From: Devosia sp.
Lineage (GTDB): Bacteria > Pseudomonadota > Alphaproteobacteria > Rhizobiales > Devosiaceae
NCBI GenBank assembly: GCA_036675975.1
Contig: JAKFDU010000032.1
Span: forward strand, 5-64,004
DNA: 64,000 nucleotides
Direction: 5' to 3'
Shown here: piece after piece, positions 37,249-47,848 of the stretch
How the letters are laid out: every line of letters begins with the position of its first letter
Position numbering within the stretch: position 1 is the first letter of the stretch
Position numbers and translations under genes: made by a program
Notes under the pieces: model-generated
Database searches by the model: none
What the model saw: only the letters and a program-made list of their open reading frames with translations
Told to the model about the DNA's origin: nothing

Positions 37249-38409
37249 GTGACTTCGACAGCAGCGGGCGATCCCGTCCGCCTTCTCAAAGACCTCATTG
37301 CCTGCCCCTCGGTGACCCCCGAGGAAGCTGGCGTACTTGACGTGCTCGACCGCGCGCTGAGCGCCATCGGCTTTACAGTCACCCGCCTGCGCTTTGAGGG
37401 CGACGGCTCTTACCCCGTGGACAATCTCTTTGCCGTCAGGGGCACCGGCGGGCGCCGGCTGCTGTTTGCCGGGCATACCGACGTGGTGCCGCCGGGGGAG
37501 CTGGCCAACTGGACGAGCGATCCATTCGTAGCCCGCGAGGCTGAGGGTAGGCTCTATGGCCGTGGCGCGGCCGACATGAAGTCGGGCATAGCAGCATTCG
37601 TCGCGGCGGCGGCCGCCATTCCCGCCGATGCCGGCACGGTTATGCTTGCGATCACCAATGACGAGGAAGCCGACGCCATCAACGGCACCGAAAAGCTGAT
37701 GGCCTGGGCCGAGGCCCAGCAACACCATTTCGATTTCGCCATTGTGGGCGAGCCGAGCTCGGCGGCGCAACTGGGCGACAGTATCAAGATCGGCCGGCGC
37801 GGGTCACTGTCGGGCACCATTACGGTTGCCGGCACGCAGGGCCATGTCGCCTACCCCGACAAGGCCAACAATCCGCTGCCGGCTTTGGCGCGTATCGTCA
37901 CGGCGCTCGATATCGAGATCGATACCGGCACCGCGCATTTCCCGGCGACCAACCTCGAGGTCACCTCGATCGATGTCGGCAATGCCATCTCCAACGTCAT
38001 TCCGGCCGCCGGCACGATCCGCTTCAACATCCGCTACAACGATCTGTGGACGCCTGACACGCTGGCCGATTGGGTGCGCGGGCGGATTGCCGGGGTACAG
38101 CATGGCGGCGCGACGGTGAGCTTTGCAGTGGCTGGCGTGCCGTCGCGGTCGTTCCTGTCGCCACTCAGCGGTGACGTCGATATCCTCGGCGACGCCATTG
38201 CCGAAGTCACCGGGCGCCGTCCGGAATTCTCGACCGGCGGCGGCACGTCCGACGCGCGTTTCATCGCTCAATACGGCCCGGTGGTGGAATGCGGCCTGGT
38301 TGGCCCTTCCATGCACAAGGCCGACGAGCATATCGCCATTGCCGACCTGATCGGGTTGACCGAAATCTATCGGGGTTTCATGGACCGCTTCTTTGGAGTG
38401 CCGGCATGA
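37249..38409 (+). CDS. dapE: Succinyl-diaminopimelate desuccinylase
   Basis: FAGHTDVVP, GRGAADMK, DEEAD, VGEPS, GRRGS, GHVAYP, GGTSDARF, MHKADE. Confidence 0.95.
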   Translation: MTSTAAGDPVRLLKDLIACPSVTPEEAGVLDVLDRALSAIGFTVTRLRFEGDGSYPVDNLFAVRGTGGRRLLFAGHTDVVPPGELANWTSDPFVAREAEGRLYGRGAADMKSGIAAFVAAAAAIPADAGTVMLAITNDEEADAINGTEKLMAWAEAQQHHFDFAIVGEPSSAAQLGDSIKIGRRGSLSGTITVAGTQGHVAYPDKANNPLPALARIVTALDIEIDTGTAHFPATNLEVTSIDVGNAISNVIPAAGTIRFNIRYNDLWTPDTLADWVRGRIAGVQHGGATVSFAVAGVPSRSFLSPLSGDVDILGDAIAEVTGRRPEFSTGGGTSDARFIAQYGPVVECGLVGPSMHKADEHIAIADLIGLTEIYRGFMDRFFGVPA

Positions 38410-38951
38410 AGATCTGGACCGCCTTGCGTAATGCTACCATCGGCTGGGTCATGCTGCTACGCGGCGAGGACGGCTGGCGCGAACGCTTCACCTTCACGAC
38501 CGCGGGCCTCGTGACCGCGCTCATCATCTTCGTTTTCACGACGTTCCTCGCTGTCGCCATCACCTCTGCCAGCATCGGCATGCCCAGCCTTGTCGGCGTT
38601 GTAGCCGCCATGTTCGTGCTGGCGCTGCCACTGACCTCGCTGGTGGTGGTGCTGATTGGCACGCGCATGGCACTGGGCAGCACGACACCGGCGCTGGACA
38701 TAATGGTGCCCGGGACCTATGCGCTGACAGCGTTCCTGCTCACCGAAGGCTTCCTCGCCATGTTGGGCGGGCCGGTGGTGATGCTGGCCTGGCTTGGCCT
38801 GGGCTACATGCTCTACCAGTTGGCTCGTGCGGCCGCGGCATGGACCGTAACGATTTCGGCCGGCTTTGCGGTTTTGACCGTCGTGCTTCTTGTGGCCATG
38901 CGGCTGGCGCTCTACATGCTGTCCACCACCGCCGCTGGTTCACCCATCTGA
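38406..38951 (+). CDS. Hypothetical multi-pass membrane protein (paralog 1)
   Basis: ATG overlaps the dapE stop (ATGA); about 5 hydrophobic segments. Confidence 0.75.
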   Translation: MKIWTALRNATIGWVMLLRGEDGWRERFTFTTAGLVTALIIFVFTTFLAVAITSASIGMPSLVGVVAAMFVLALPLTSLVVVLIGTRMALGSTTPALDIMVPGTYALTAFLLTEGFLAMLGGPVVMLAWLGLGYMLYQLARAAAAWTVTISAGFAVLTVVLLVAMRLALYMLSTTAAGSPI

Positions 38952-38966
38952 GCATCGAGACTGCAC

Positions 38967-39551
38967 TTGGCCCAACCGACCACGACCTTCCTCGATGAAC
39001 TGATGGCCGCTGCGCGCGGCTGCGCCGCTTTGCTGATCGGCAACCGGCAGGCGCCGTCCTACTTCGATTTCAGCCAGCGGGGCTTGGTCGGCTCGTTCAT
39101 CGCTCTGGTGATCGGCCTGTCCGCGCAGGCCTTCGGCCCACAGCCGGTCAGCCCGCCCGACACCGGGAGCGTCGCCGGCGTCCTGATCCTGACGGCCATG
39201 GTCATCGCCATCCAGATCGGCGTTGCCTATGTTGTCCTGCGCCTGCTGGGGCGTGGGGATGGCTTCACGCCGTTCGTTGTGGTGCTGAACTGGGCCAGCA
39301 TGTTCCAGGGCCTCATCGCCGTGATGCTGATCGTTGCTTTCGGCCCGATCCTGGTCGTCGACCCCGCCAGCAAGATGATGCAATTCACCAGCGGCAGTGT
39401 GCCCTACATGGCGCTGTCGATTGCAGCACTGGTGGTGTGGGTGAACATTGCCCGGCTGGTCCTGACATTGCGGCCCAAGCATGTGGCGCTGTTCGTCATC
39501 GCCCAACTTGGCGCCGCCTTCATCATCCAGCTCTTTGTGAGCGTGGCCTAG
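38967..39551 (+). CDS. Hypothetical multi-pass membrane protein (paralog 2)
   Basis: TTG start; about 5 TM segments; N-terminal motif shared with the upstream gene. Confidence 0.75.
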   Translation: MAQPTTTFLDELMAAARGCAALLIGNRQAPSYFDFSQRGLVGSFIALVIGLSAQAFGPQPVSPPDTGSVAGVLILTAMVIAIQIGVAYVVLRLLGRGDGFTPFVVVLNWASMFQGLIAVMLIVAFGPILVVDPASKMMQFTSGSVPYMALSIAALVVWVNIARLVLTLRPKHVALFVIAQLGAAFIIQLFVSVA

Positions 39552-40285
39552 TAGCTCACGCCTGTCAGATAGAGCCCCGATGACGGCGCCATGGCGCCGC
39601 AGCGGCTGCGGTCGCGCGCATCGAGCGCCGCCCGAAAATCGGCTGGCGACCACTTGCCCTCGCCCACCATGCGGAGCGAACCCACCATGGAACGCACCTG
39701 GTGGTGGAGGAAGCTGCGGGCGCTGGCCGATATGACGACGTGGTCGAGCTCGCGTCGCGCCGAGAACTTATCCAGGGTGCGCAAAGGTGAGTTGGCCTGG
39801 CACTCCGACGAGCGGAACGTGGTGAAGTCATGGGTCCCCAGGATCAAGCCAGCCGCCTGGTCCATGGCCTCGGCATCGAGGGTTTTGGGAATATGCCAGA
39901 CATGGTCACGCTCGAGCACCGGCGGGGCGCGGCGGGTGAGGATGCGGTATTCGTAGTGACGGGCTGTCGCCGAGAAACGCGCCTCGAAGTCGTCACCCAC
40001 CGCCTCGGCGGTGATGATCGCCACGGGCGCCGGCCGCAGGTGATAGTTCAGCGCTTCGCGGATGCGGAAGGGGTCCCATTCCTTCACGAGATCGAAATGC
40101 GCCACCTGACCAAGCGCATGAACGCCCGCATCGGTGCGGCCGGCCGCCTGGGTGGTGACCGTTTCGCCGGACATCGCGAGGATGGCCTCCTCGAGCGCCT
40201 GCTGCACGCTGGGCCGCGCGCTCTGGCGCTGCCAGCCCGAGAACGGGGTTCCGTCATATTCGATGGTAAGCTTATAGCGGGGCAT
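39548..40285 (-). CDS. truA: tRNA pseudouridine(38-40) synthase
   Basis: [30 protein letters not shown]; start moved to ATG 40285. Confidence 0.96.
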   Translation of the reverse strand: MPRYKLTIEYDGTPFSGWQRQSARPSVQQALEEAILAMSGETVTTQAAGRTDAGVHALGQVAHFDLVKEWDPFRIREALNYHLRPAPVAIITAEAVGDDFEARFSATARHYEYRILTRRAPPVLERDHVWHIPKTLDAEAMDQAAGLILGTHDFTTFRSSECQANSPLRTLDKFSARRELDHVVISASARSFLHHQVRSMVGSLRMVGEGKWSPADFRAALDARDRSRCGAMAPSSGLYLTGVSY

Positions 40286-40332
40286 GATCGGCCGTCCCGG
40301 ATATCGCACCACTGTCAGTCATCCCACGGGCT

Positions 40333-40417
40333 GTCACCCTCGGGCTGGACCCAAGGGATCTGCACTTCCCGAACGTCCCGCAGGTATAGTCCCCTCGGGT
40401 CAAGCCCAAGGGTGACG
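40333..40417. repeat. REP-like palindromic doublet (GTCA-tagged)
   Basis: GTCACCCTCGGGCTGGACCCAAGGG ... CCCTCGGGTCAAGCCCAAGGGTGACG between fmt and truA. Confidence 0.8.
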
Positions 40418-40453
40418 CGCGGTGGGTGGCGCAAGCGCGGTGGATCGGGGGCA

Positions 40454-41374
40454 CTAACCCACCCGCTCCGGCAGTGCCCCTGCGCCGCGCAGGAACGTCG
40501 CGGCATCCATGGCGCCCTTGCCTTCGCGCTGCACCTGGGTCAGCCGCACGGCGCCCGTGCCGCAAGCGATCGTGAGATCATCGAGCAAGGTGCCCGGCGC
40601 GCCACTGCCCTGCCCCAGCGTCGAGCGCAGAGCCTTGACCCGCACGGGCTTGCCTGACAGCTCCAGCTCGAACCAGGCGCCGGGAAAGGGCGAGAGGCCG
40701 CGGATGTGGTTGTGCACTTCTTCGGCCGGCCGCGACCAGTCGATGCGGGCCTCGGCTTTTTCGATCTTTTTGGCGTAGGCTACGCCCTCGTCAGGCTGCG
40801 GCTTGAAGTCGAGACTGCCGCGCTCCAGTGCCGCCAGCGCCCGGCCCATAAGGTCGGCGCCGACGCGCATCATCTGGTCGTGCAATTCGCCGGCTGTCAT
40901 GTCCTTGCCGATGGGGATCAGGTCGGCCAAGGCGACGGGGCCGGTATCGAGCCCCTCGTCCATCTGCATGACCATGACGCCGGTCTCGCGGTCGCCGGCC
41001 ATGATGGCACGCTGGATGGGTGCAGCGCCGCGCCAGCGGGGCAACAGCGAGCCATGGAGGTTGAGGCATCCCAGCTCGGGCGCATCGAGGATGGGCTTGG
41101 GGAGCAGCAGGCCATAGGCCACGACAATGCCGACCTCGGCGCCATGGCTGGCAAAGACGATCTGTTCGGCCTCGCCCTTGAGCGATTTCGGAGTGAAGAC
41201 CGGAATACCGAAGCCTTCGGCCGCCAGGTGGACCGGGGACTTGCGTTCTTCCTGGCCGCGGCCGGCTGGCTTTGGCGCGCGGGTATAGACCGCGACGACC
41301 TCATGTCCCGAGGAGACGATCTCGGTCAGAACAGGGACGGAAAAATCCGGCGTGCCCATGAAGACGACGCGCAT
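40454..41374 (-). CDS. fmt: Methionyl-tRNA formyltransferase
   Basis: [43 protein letters not shown]; start moved to ATG 41374. Confidence 0.97.
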   Translation of the reverse strand: MRVVFMGTPDFSVPVLTEIVSSGHEVVAVYTRAPKPAGRGQEERKSPVHLAAEGFGIPVFTPKSLKGEAEQIVFASHGAEVGIVVAYGLLLPKPILDAPELGCLNLHGSLLPRWRGAAPIQRAIMAGDRETGVMVMQMDEGLDTGPVALADLIPIGKDMTAGELHDQMMRVGADLMGRALAALERGSLDFKPQPDEGVAYAKKIEKAEARIDWSRPAEEVHNHIRGLSPFPGAWFELELSGKPVRVKALRSTLGQGSGAPGTLLDDLTIACGTGAVRLTQVQREGKGAMDAATFLRGAGALPERVG

Positions 41375-41391
41375 TGGCTCTGCTTTCTTCT

Positions 41392-41540
41392 TCCTTGTCC
41401 CCCGAGGGAGAAGGTGGCGCGCAGCGCCGGATGAGGGGTGCTGCGCTATCAAACAGTCTCAAGCATGGGAGAGCGCAGCACCCCTCACCCTGCCTTTCGT
41501 CTGAACGACGAAAAGCTGCCCTCTCCCCATGGGGAGAGGG
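41392..41540. repeat. CCCTCTCCCC...GGGGAGAGGG-type palindromic doublet
   Basis: TGAGGGGTGCTGCGCT / AGCGCAGCACCCCTCA inner inverted repeat plus terminal CCCTCTCCCCATGGGGAGAGGG hairpin, between def and fmt. Confidence 0.75.
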
Positions 41541-41546
41541 AAAAGG

Positions 41547-42062
41547 TTACCCGGCAGCCCGCTTGGCCTGCTTGTCGAATTTCTTGATCACCCGGTCGCG
41601 CTTGAGGCGGCTCAGATAATCGATATAGAGCACGCCATCGAGGTGATCGAGTTCGTGCTGGATGCAGACGGCCAGCTTGCCCTCGGCCTGCTTGACCACT
41701 TCCTTGCCGTCGAGATCGGTATATCTCACCGTGACCTCGTTGGGGCGCTCGACCTCGTAATAGAGCTCGGGGATGGACAGGCATCCCTCTTCGGTGACCT
41801 GCATCTGCTCGCCGAACTGGGTGATCTCTGGATTGATCAGCACCATGGGGTCGGGCGTTTCACCCTCGCCGGCCAGATCCATCACCACGATGCGCTTCAT
41901 CACGCCGATCTGCGGCGCGGCCAGGCCAATGCCGGGCGCGTCATACATGGTGTCGAGCATGTCCTTGGCCAGCGTCTTGATCTCGTCATCGACATCGATG
42001 ATGGGATCGGCAACGGCACGCAGGCGCGCGTCGGGAATGATGAGAATGGGGCGAATGGCCAT
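41547..42062 (-). CDS. def: Peptide deformylase
   Basis: GIGLAAPQ, EGCLSIP, QHELDHL; true start ATG 42062 inside a longer antisense ORF. Confidence 0.96.
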   Translation of the reverse strand: MAIRPILIIPDARLRAVADPIIDVDDEIKTLAKDMLDTMYDAPGIGLAAPQIGVMKRIVVMDLAGEGETPDPMVLINPEITQFGEQMQVTEEGCLSIPELYYEVERPNEVTVRYTDLDGKEVVKQAEGKLAVCIQHELDHLDGVLYIDYLSRLKRDRVIKKFDKQAKRAAG

Positions 42063-42185
42063 GGGCAGAGGTCCGGCGGAAAGGGGTTTGCCTCTCGATA
42101 TGGTATTTGTCGCGCCGCGGTCAACTCTTGTGGGCAGCCCGGTGAGAACATTATGCGAACACGCGAATCGCGGTAAGATGCGCGG

Positions 42186-43601
42186 ATGGATGATGTGCTC
42201 TTTGTCATTGGCAGTTTTCCGGTAACCATTGCCCAGGCGAGCATTGCCGGCGTGGCGCTGGCCGGGCTGTTGCTGGTCGGCTTCACCATTGCGACCATGC
42301 GGTCGGCGGCGGCGCGAACCGCCGAGGCCAGCGCGCAGCTGGCCGAGCAGATGCGGGCGGGCCTTGTCGCCCAGCTTGGCGAGCGGGACCGCCGCATCCA
42401 GGAACTGGACCATCAGGTGCGGGTCGAGCGCGAGCGTGGTGCCGAGCAGGCCGAACGATTGCAGGAACGGAATTCGGAACTGCTGGCCGAGGTCTCGGCG
42501 CTGCGAGCCCGGATGGCCGAGCAGGTGGCGCAGGCGCAGGCGAGCGAGGCGCGCTTCATGGCCGCCCGGCAGCAGATGACCGACGAGTTCAAGGCCATTG
42601 CCGGCGACGTGCTCAAGGTACAGAGCGAGACATTTACCCGGCAGAACCGCGAGCAGGTCGATACGCTGCTCAAGCCGCTCAACGACAAGATCGCCGAATT
42701 TCAGACCGGCATGATCACCGACCGGGCGACCATGGCTGAACAGATAAGGGCGCTGGCGGCGAGCAACCTGCAGATCACCACCGAGGCGCACAACCTGACG
42801 CGGGCGCTCAAGGGCAATGCGCAAACGCAGGGCGCCTGGGGCGAGATGATCCTGTCGACGATCCTGGAGCGTTCGGGCCTGCGCGAGGGCGAGCAGTTCA
42901 TCACCCAGAAGAGCCATAGCGGCGAAGATGGCGGACGGGTGCGCACCGATGTCGAAGTGCTGATGCCAAACAATGACCGGCTGGTGATCGATTCCAAGGT
43001 CTCCCTCACCGCCTTCGAGGCCTATACCAGTTGCGAGGACGAGACGCGCGAGCAGCACCTGGCAGCGCATATCGTGTCGGTGCGCAACCATATCCGCACC
43101 CTGGGCGACAAGGGCTATCAGCGGCATGCCCAATCCAAGATGGACTATGTGATGATGTTCGTGCCGATCGAATCGGCACTGGCCACCGCGATCCAGCATG
43201 ATGCGGGGCTGGTGGAATTCGGCATGTCCCGCGGCGTCATGCTGACAACGCCCACCACGCTGATGACGGTATTGCGAACGGTGCGCAACATCTGGGACAT
43301 CGAAAAGCGCCATCAGAACGCCGAGGAAATCGCCAACCGGGCCGGCGCGCTCTACGACAAGGTGGTGGGTTTCCTTGCGACCATGGACAAGATGGGGGGC
43401 CATCTCGACCGGGCGCAGCAGAGCTATGCCGACGCCAAGGGGCAACTCGCCACCGGCAAGGGCAGCGTAGTGCGCCAGGTGGAAATGCTGCGCGAACTCG
43501 GGGCTAAATCGAGCAAGCAGCTGCCCGGCGGCTGGGACAGCGGCGGCGACGACGTGCCGATGCTGCGGCTGGTGGGCGAGGAGCCCGGCGACCTGTCCTG
43601 A
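42186..43601 (+). CDS. rmuC: DNA recombination protein RmuC
   Basis: N-terminal TM and coiled coil, GAWGEMIL, IDSKVSL, MFVPIES, TPTTLM motifs. Confidence 0.93.
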   Translation: MDDVLFVIGSFPVTIAQASIAGVALAGLLLVGFTIATMRSAAARTAEASAQLAEQMRAGLVAQLGERDRRIQELDHQVRVERERGAEQAERLQERNSELLAEVSALRARMAEQVAQAQASEARFMAARQQMTDEFKAIAGDVLKVQSETFTRQNREQVDTLLKPLNDKIAEFQTGMITDRATMAEQIRALAASNLQITTEAHNLTRALKGNAQTQGAWGEMILSTILERSGLREGEQFITQKSHSGEDGGRVRTDVEVLMPNNDRLVIDSKVSLTAFEAYTSCEDETREQHLAAHIVSVRNHIRTLGDKGYQRHAQSKMDYVMMFVPIESALATAIQHDAGLVEFGMSRGVMLTTPTTLMTVLRTVRNIWDIEKRHQNAEEIANRAGALYDKVVGFLATMDKMGGHLDRAQQSYADAKGQLATGKGSVVRQVEMLRELGAKSSKQLPGGWDSGGDDVPMLRLVGEEPGDLS

Positions 43602-43611
43602 TCACGATATT

Positions 43612-43636
43612 CGAACTTGTTGGTCGTCCCCGCGTT
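43612..43636 (+). promoter_or_regulatory. Candidate EcfG general-stress promoter
   Basis: CGAAC-N16-CGTT, one mismatch to GGAAC-N16/17-CGTT; 31 nt before ATG 43668. Confidence 0.5.
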
Positions 43637-43667
43637 TCTTGGCAATAGTCAGCCAAGGGAGACTGAT

Positions 43668-44165
43668 ATGGCACAGCATCAGGACCATCACGGCACCATG
43701 GTGCCGCAGGAAACCAATTTCGATAATGCCGACCAGCCGGGCATTGCCCAGCCCTATACGCAAACCGAGGTCGAGGAGTTGCTCTATGGCAATGATCGCC
43801 CGGCCTCCGAGCGACTGGCGCGCCTGCGTGAGCTGCGTAACGAGAGCGCCATCCGCGAAAGCGGCGACTGGGGCGACCAGGACCCGGCAGCGATGCTCGA
43901 GGAACTCGACCGCGCTATCGATGAGTTGAGCGCCACTATTGCCAATTCCGAGGACAATGAGGATTTCGCGGGCCTCGCCGCCACCTATGACAACGATCCG
44001 GCCGGGCGGCTGGATACGCTTTCGCCCGACGACGAGGACGGGCGCTACGCCATCGAGGGCGACGAGGACGCCTTCTTCGATGACGAGGACGAAGAGGACG
44101 ACAGCCTCGAGGAAGAAGCCTGGGATGGCGGCGAGGAATTCAGGACCGACAGGGACCTGCACTAG
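43668..44165 (+). CDS. Very acidic hypothetical protein (165 aa)
   Basis: AAGGGAG RBS; about 51 Asp/Glu by hand count, no Lys; normal codon style. Confidence 0.8.
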   Translation: MAQHQDHHGTMVPQETNFDNADQPGIAQPYTQTEVEELLYGNDRPASERLARLRELRNESAIRESGDWGDQDPAAMLEELDRAIDELSATIANSEDNEDFAGLAATYDNDPAGRLDTLSPDDEDGRYAIEGDEDAFFDDEDEEDDSLEEEAWDGGEEFRTDRDLH

Positions 44166-44758
44166 ATCTCGGTGCGGGCTCGCAGGGCCTGGCTGAGCGT
44201 GCCTTCATCGAGGTAATCAAGTTCGCCGCCCACGGGAACGCCGTGGGCGAGGCGGGTGACCTTGGTGCCCGAGCCGGCGAGGCGATCGGTGATATAATGG
44301 GCGGTGGTCTGGCCTTCTACCGTGGCGTTCACGGCGAGTACGACCTCCTTGAAGGTCGGCGCCCGGCGCAGGAGGTCATCGATGGCAATGTCGTCGGGAC
44401 CCACGCCGTCGAGCGGCGAGAGTACGCCGCCGAGCACATGATATTTAACCTGCCCGACGCCGGCACGCTCAAGGGCCCACAGATCGGCGACATCCTCAAC
44501 CACAATGAGCATGCCGCTTTCGGAGCGGCGTGGGTCCGCGCAGATCGAGCAGGGGCTGATGGTATCGACATTGCCGCAGACTTCGCAGGTGCGGACGGCA
44601 ACCACAGCTCGATCGAGCGCGGCCGAGAGCGGGATCATCAGCTGATCCTTCTTCTTGATCAGGTGCAGCACGGCACGACGGGCCGAACGCGGGCCGAGCC
44701 CCGGCAGGCGCGCCAGGAGCTGGATCAGCTGTTCAATCTCGGGTCCGCCGTTGGCCAC
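44162..44758 (-). CDS. recR: Recombination mediator RecR
   Basis: [10 protein letters not shown]4 zinc finger, Toprim [18 protein letters not shown]. Confidence 0.97.
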   Translation of the reverse strand: MANGGPEIEQLIQLLARLPGLGPRSARRAVLHLIKKKDQLMIPLSAALDRAVVAVRTCEVCGNVDTISPCSICADPRRSESGMLIVVEDVADLWALERAGVGQVKYHVLGGVLSPLDGVGPDDIAIDDLLRRAPTFKEVVLAVNATVEGQTTAHYITDRLAGSGTKVTRLAHGVPVGGELDYLDEGTLSQALRARTEI

Positions 44759-44767
44759 TTGTGCTGC

Positions 44768-45091
44768 CTAGAACGGGAATTTCATGCCGGGCGGGAGGGG
44801 CAGGCCGGCGGTAACCTCGCTCATGCGGCGCTGCATCTCGGCTTCGGACTTGGCCTTGGCATCGGCATGGGCGGCGACAATGAGGTCTTCGAGCACCTCG
44901 ACATCGTCCTCCCTAAAGAGGGACGGATCGATCTTGAGCCCCTTGAGGTCGCCTTTGCCGCTCAATGACACCACCACCATGCCGCCGCCGGAGCGGCCTT
45001 CGACGACGAGATTGGCGAGTTCGGCCTGCATGGCCTCCATCTTGCCTTTCATCTCACTGGCGGCCTTCATCATACCCATGATGTCTTTCAT
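44768..45091 (-). CDS. ybaB: Nucleoid-associated protein YbaB/EbfC
   Basis: [15 protein letters not shown]; position between dnaX and recR. Confidence 0.95.
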   Translation of the reverse strand: MKDIMGMMKAASEMKGKMEAMQAELANLVVEGRSGGGMVVVSLSGKGDLKGLKIDPSLFREDDVEVLEDLIVAAHADAKAKSEAEMQRRMSEVTAGLPLPPGMKFPF

Positions 45092-46833
45092 TCGTCGTCC
45101 TCTTCAGGTGGCGGTGGCGGCATATCGGGCGCCGCAACTTCAGCTTCGTCCTTGACCTTCACATTGACCACCTTGGCCCCGGGGAAGGTGTTGAGAATGG
45201 CCTGCACCAAGGGGTCGTCGTGGGCCTGGGCGCGTTGCAGAGCTGCGCGCTCCTCCTTCTCCTGGCGGAGGGTGAGGCCCTCGGTCGGCTTGCTGGAGAC
45301 GGTGATCAGCCAACGCTGGCCGGTCCAGAGCTGGAGGCGCGCCGAAAGCGTTGCGATCATGCCCGGATCGGCGCCGTCGGCGAGCGCCACCTCGATGCGG
45401 CCCTGTTCGAAGGAAATCGGCCGCATCTGGCCCTCCAGCGCCAGCTTGACCAGCACGTCGCGTTTGGCCGTGGCCAGAGCGATCAGTTCCTTATAGCTGG
45501 CGACGGTGGCCAGCGCGGCCTGCGGCTGAGCGGCTGAGGGTTGCTGGGCCACCGCCTCGGTCATGACAGGACGTGGCGCTTCGATGCGCATGGCCGAGGG
45601 GCCACCGCCACCGCCGTTTGACGGGCCGCGCGAAATCGGCGCCATGGGCGCCAAGCTTGGCGCGGGCGCCGGCTGGTTAGCGAGGCGGGCGATGAGGTCG
45701 TCGGGGCTCGGCAAATCGGCCGCATAAGCGAGCCGGATCAGTGCCATTTCGGCGGCCTGCAGGCCGTTGTTGGCGCGGGCGACTTCGTCATAACCCTTGA
45801 ACAGGATTTGCCAGGCGCGGGTGAGCGCCCGCATCGGCAGCTTGCCAGCGAGTTCCGCGCCGCGGCGGCGCTCATCCGGGGTCAGAGAGACGTCGTCGGC
45901 GGCGGCCGGGACGACCTTGATGCGGGTTACCAGATGGGTGAAATCGGCGAGATCGGCGACCAGGGTCTGCGGATCGGCGCCCATGTCGTAGAGGGCGCGC
46001 ATGGTCCCGATGGCGTCGCCGATCTGGCCGCCCATCAGTTCCTCGAAGAGATCGATGATACGGGCGCGGTCGCCCAGGCCGAGCATGGCCTTGACGGTGG
46101 CCGACGTGACGGTGCCGTTGCCATGGGCAATGGCCTGATCGAGCAGGCTGAGATTGTCGCGGGCGGAGCCTTCGCCCGCGCGGACGATCATGGCCAGCGC
46201 TTCGGGCTCGAAGGAAATACCCTCCTGCCCCAGGATCGATTCCAGATAGGCCGTCATGATCTCGGGCGTGATGCGGCGCAGGTCGAAGCGCATGCAGCGG
46301 CTGAGGATCGTCACCGGCACCTTGCGGATTTCGGTGGTGGCGAAGATGAACTTCACATAGGGCGGCGGCTCTTCGAGCGTCTTGAGCAGCCCGTTAAAGG
46401 CCGCCGTCGAGAGCATGTGCACTTCGTCGATGACATAGACTTTGTATGGCGCCGAGCTTGGCGCGTATTTCACCGAGTCGATGATCTCCCGGATATCGTT
46501 GATGCCGGTATTGCTGGCGGCGTCCATTTCGATGACGTCGACGTGGCGCCCCTCGATGATGGCCCGGCAATGCTCGCCCTCGACGCGAAGATCGAGTGTC
46601 GGGTGCGGACCCGATGCATCTTCATAGTTGAAGGCGCGCGCGAGGATGCGGGCCGTGGTGGTCTTGCCCACCCCGCGCACGCCGGTGAGGATAAAGGCAT
46701 GGTGGATGCGGTTCTGCGCGAAGGCATTGCCCAGCGTCTGGACCATTGCATCCTGGCCGACAAGCGTGGTGAAGTCGCGCGGCCGGTATTTGCGCGCCAG
46801 CACGAGATAGGGCGAGGTCGGTGCGTCAGCCAT
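45088..46833 (-). CDS. dnaX: DNA polymerase III subunit gamma/tau
   Basis: [30 protein letters not shown]; C-terminal LSxRLxxWTGxRW domain. Confidence 0.97.
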   Translation of the reverse strand: MADAPTSPYLVLARKYRPRDFTTLVGQDAMVQTLGNAFAQNRIHHAFILTGVRGVGKTTTARILARAFNYEDASGPHPTLDLRVEGEHCRAIIEGRHVDVIEMDAASNTGINDIREIIDSVKYAPSSAPYKVYVIDEVHMLSTAAFNGLLKTLEEPPPYVKFIFATTEIRKVPVTILSRCMRFDLRRITPEIMTAYLESILGQEGISFEPEALAMIVRAGEGSARDNLSLLDQAIAHGNGTVTSATVKAMLGLGDRARIIDLFEELMGGQIGDAIGTMRALYDMGADPQTLVADLADFTHLVTRIKVVPAAADDVSLTPDERRRGAELAGKLPMRALTRAWQILFKGYDEVARANNGLQAAEMALIRLAYAADLPSPDDLIARLANQPAPAPSLAPMAPISRGPSNGGGGGPSAMRIEAPRPVMTEAVAQQPSAAQPQAALATVASYKELIALATAKRDVLVKLALEGQMRPISFEQGRIEVALADGADPGMIATLSARLQLWTGQRWLITVSSKPTEGLTLRQEKEERAALQRAQAHDDPLVQAILNTFPGAKVVNVKVKDEAEVAAPDMPPPPPEEDDE

Positions 46834-46899
46834 CGAGCCCTTCTGTCGCTTGCGGTGGGAATCTGCCTGAGATCATGCTCCGACCATAGGCAATGGCGC

Positions 46900-46933
46900 C
46901 CGTCCGCAAAAGCCTCAAGCCGGTTTGCGGAAC
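46900..46933. repeat. Degenerate palindromic repeat remnant (CCGCAAAA...TTTGCGG type)
   Basis: CGTCCGCAAAAGCCTCAAGCCGGTTTGCGGAACG, with GATCATGCTC just upstream. Confidence 0.35.
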
Positions 46934-46963
46934 GTCAAACACCATATGTGAACAGATTAAGTA

Positions 46964-47055
46964 GGAGGCTGGCAACGACCCGTGAAGGTCTCGTTGGGGC
47001 TGCTTCCTTCCGGACCTGACCCGGTTGGCGAGGAACACGTCCGCGCCAACCTCCC
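46964..47055 (-). ncRNA. ffs: Signal recognition particle RNA (4.5S)
   Basis: Minus strand contains GGGTCAGGTCCGGAAGGAAGCAGCC (domain IV); GGAGGTTGGC pairs with GCCAGCCTCC; lies upstream of dnaX. Confidence 0.95.
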
Positions 47056-47185
47056 GGAGCGCTATATGCGAACAAAATGGGGCGAGCGCAAGACCAGGCG
47101 TGCGAAGTTGGCGCACAAGATGCCTGGAGCCGTGCGGGACGTCCGTCCTCGACGTAACGAGGGAGTTCACACTGGGAGTGTTCAG

Positions 47186-47848
47186 ATGAAACCGACCATC
47201 ACTGCCTTCAGGAGTTCGCCCGACCGGGGCGCCGGGCTGGCCCGTGACATGCGGGTGCGCTGGGCGCTTGAGGAGGTGGGGCAGCCCTATGACGTGCGGT
47301 TGGTCACGTTTGCCGAGATGAAGCAGCCCGCGCATCGGGCGCTACAGCCGTTCGGGCAGATCCCGACCTATGAGGAAGGTGAGTTAGCGTTGTTCGAGAC
47401 TGGATCTATTCTACTCCACGTCGCTGAACGTCATGGTGGACTGCTGCCGGATGAACCGAATGCACGAGCGCGGGCGATCACCTGGATGTTTGCTTCGATC
47501 GGCACGGTGGAACCGCCGATCGTCGACCTCGAGGTGGCCGAACTGGTGGAGGGCAAGGAGAGCTGGTCGGAGCAGCGCCTGCCGTTGGTCAAGGATCGCA
47601 TCCGCCAGCGACTGCGTGAACTCACCGCGCATCTGGGCGATGCGGAATGGCTCGATGGCGGCTTCAGCGCGGCCGATATCATGATGGTGCACGTGCTGAG
47701 GCGACTGGAGGGTTCGGGTATCATCGAGGAGTTCCCGAGCCTTGCCGCTTATATCGCCCGCGCTGAGGCCCGACCGGCCTACAAGCGTGCATTTGCGGCA
47801 CAGCGGGCCGTCTTCACCGGCAGCCGATTTGACGGCTATCCTGCATAG
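47186..47848 (+). CDS. Glutathione S-transferase family protein
   Basis: MRVRWALEE, QPFGQIP, LFETGSIL, FSAADI; GGGAG RBS before ATG 47186. Confidence 0.9.
   Translation: MKPTITAFRSSPDRGAGLARDMRVRWALEEVGQPYDVRLVTFAEMKQPAHRALQPFGQIPTYEEGELALFETGSILLHVAERHGGLLPDEPNARARAITWMFASIGTVEPPIVDLEVAELVEGKESWSEQRLPLVKDRIRQRLRELTAHLGDAEWLDGGFSAADIMMVHVLRRLEGSGIIEEFPSLAAYIARAEARPAYKRAFAAQRAVFTGSRFDGYPA

Noticed and set aside
41547-43445. 632-aa ORF that appears to fuse a long N-terminal region to peptide deformylase
   Set aside because: The upstream part is the antisense frame of rmuC, which is stop-poor at high GC; def starts at ATG 42062 with a normal N-terminus.
45088-46833. Programmed -1 frameshift in dnaX
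   Set aside because: I did not see an A-AAA-AAG-type slippery site with a downstream hairpin; the scan was by eye only.
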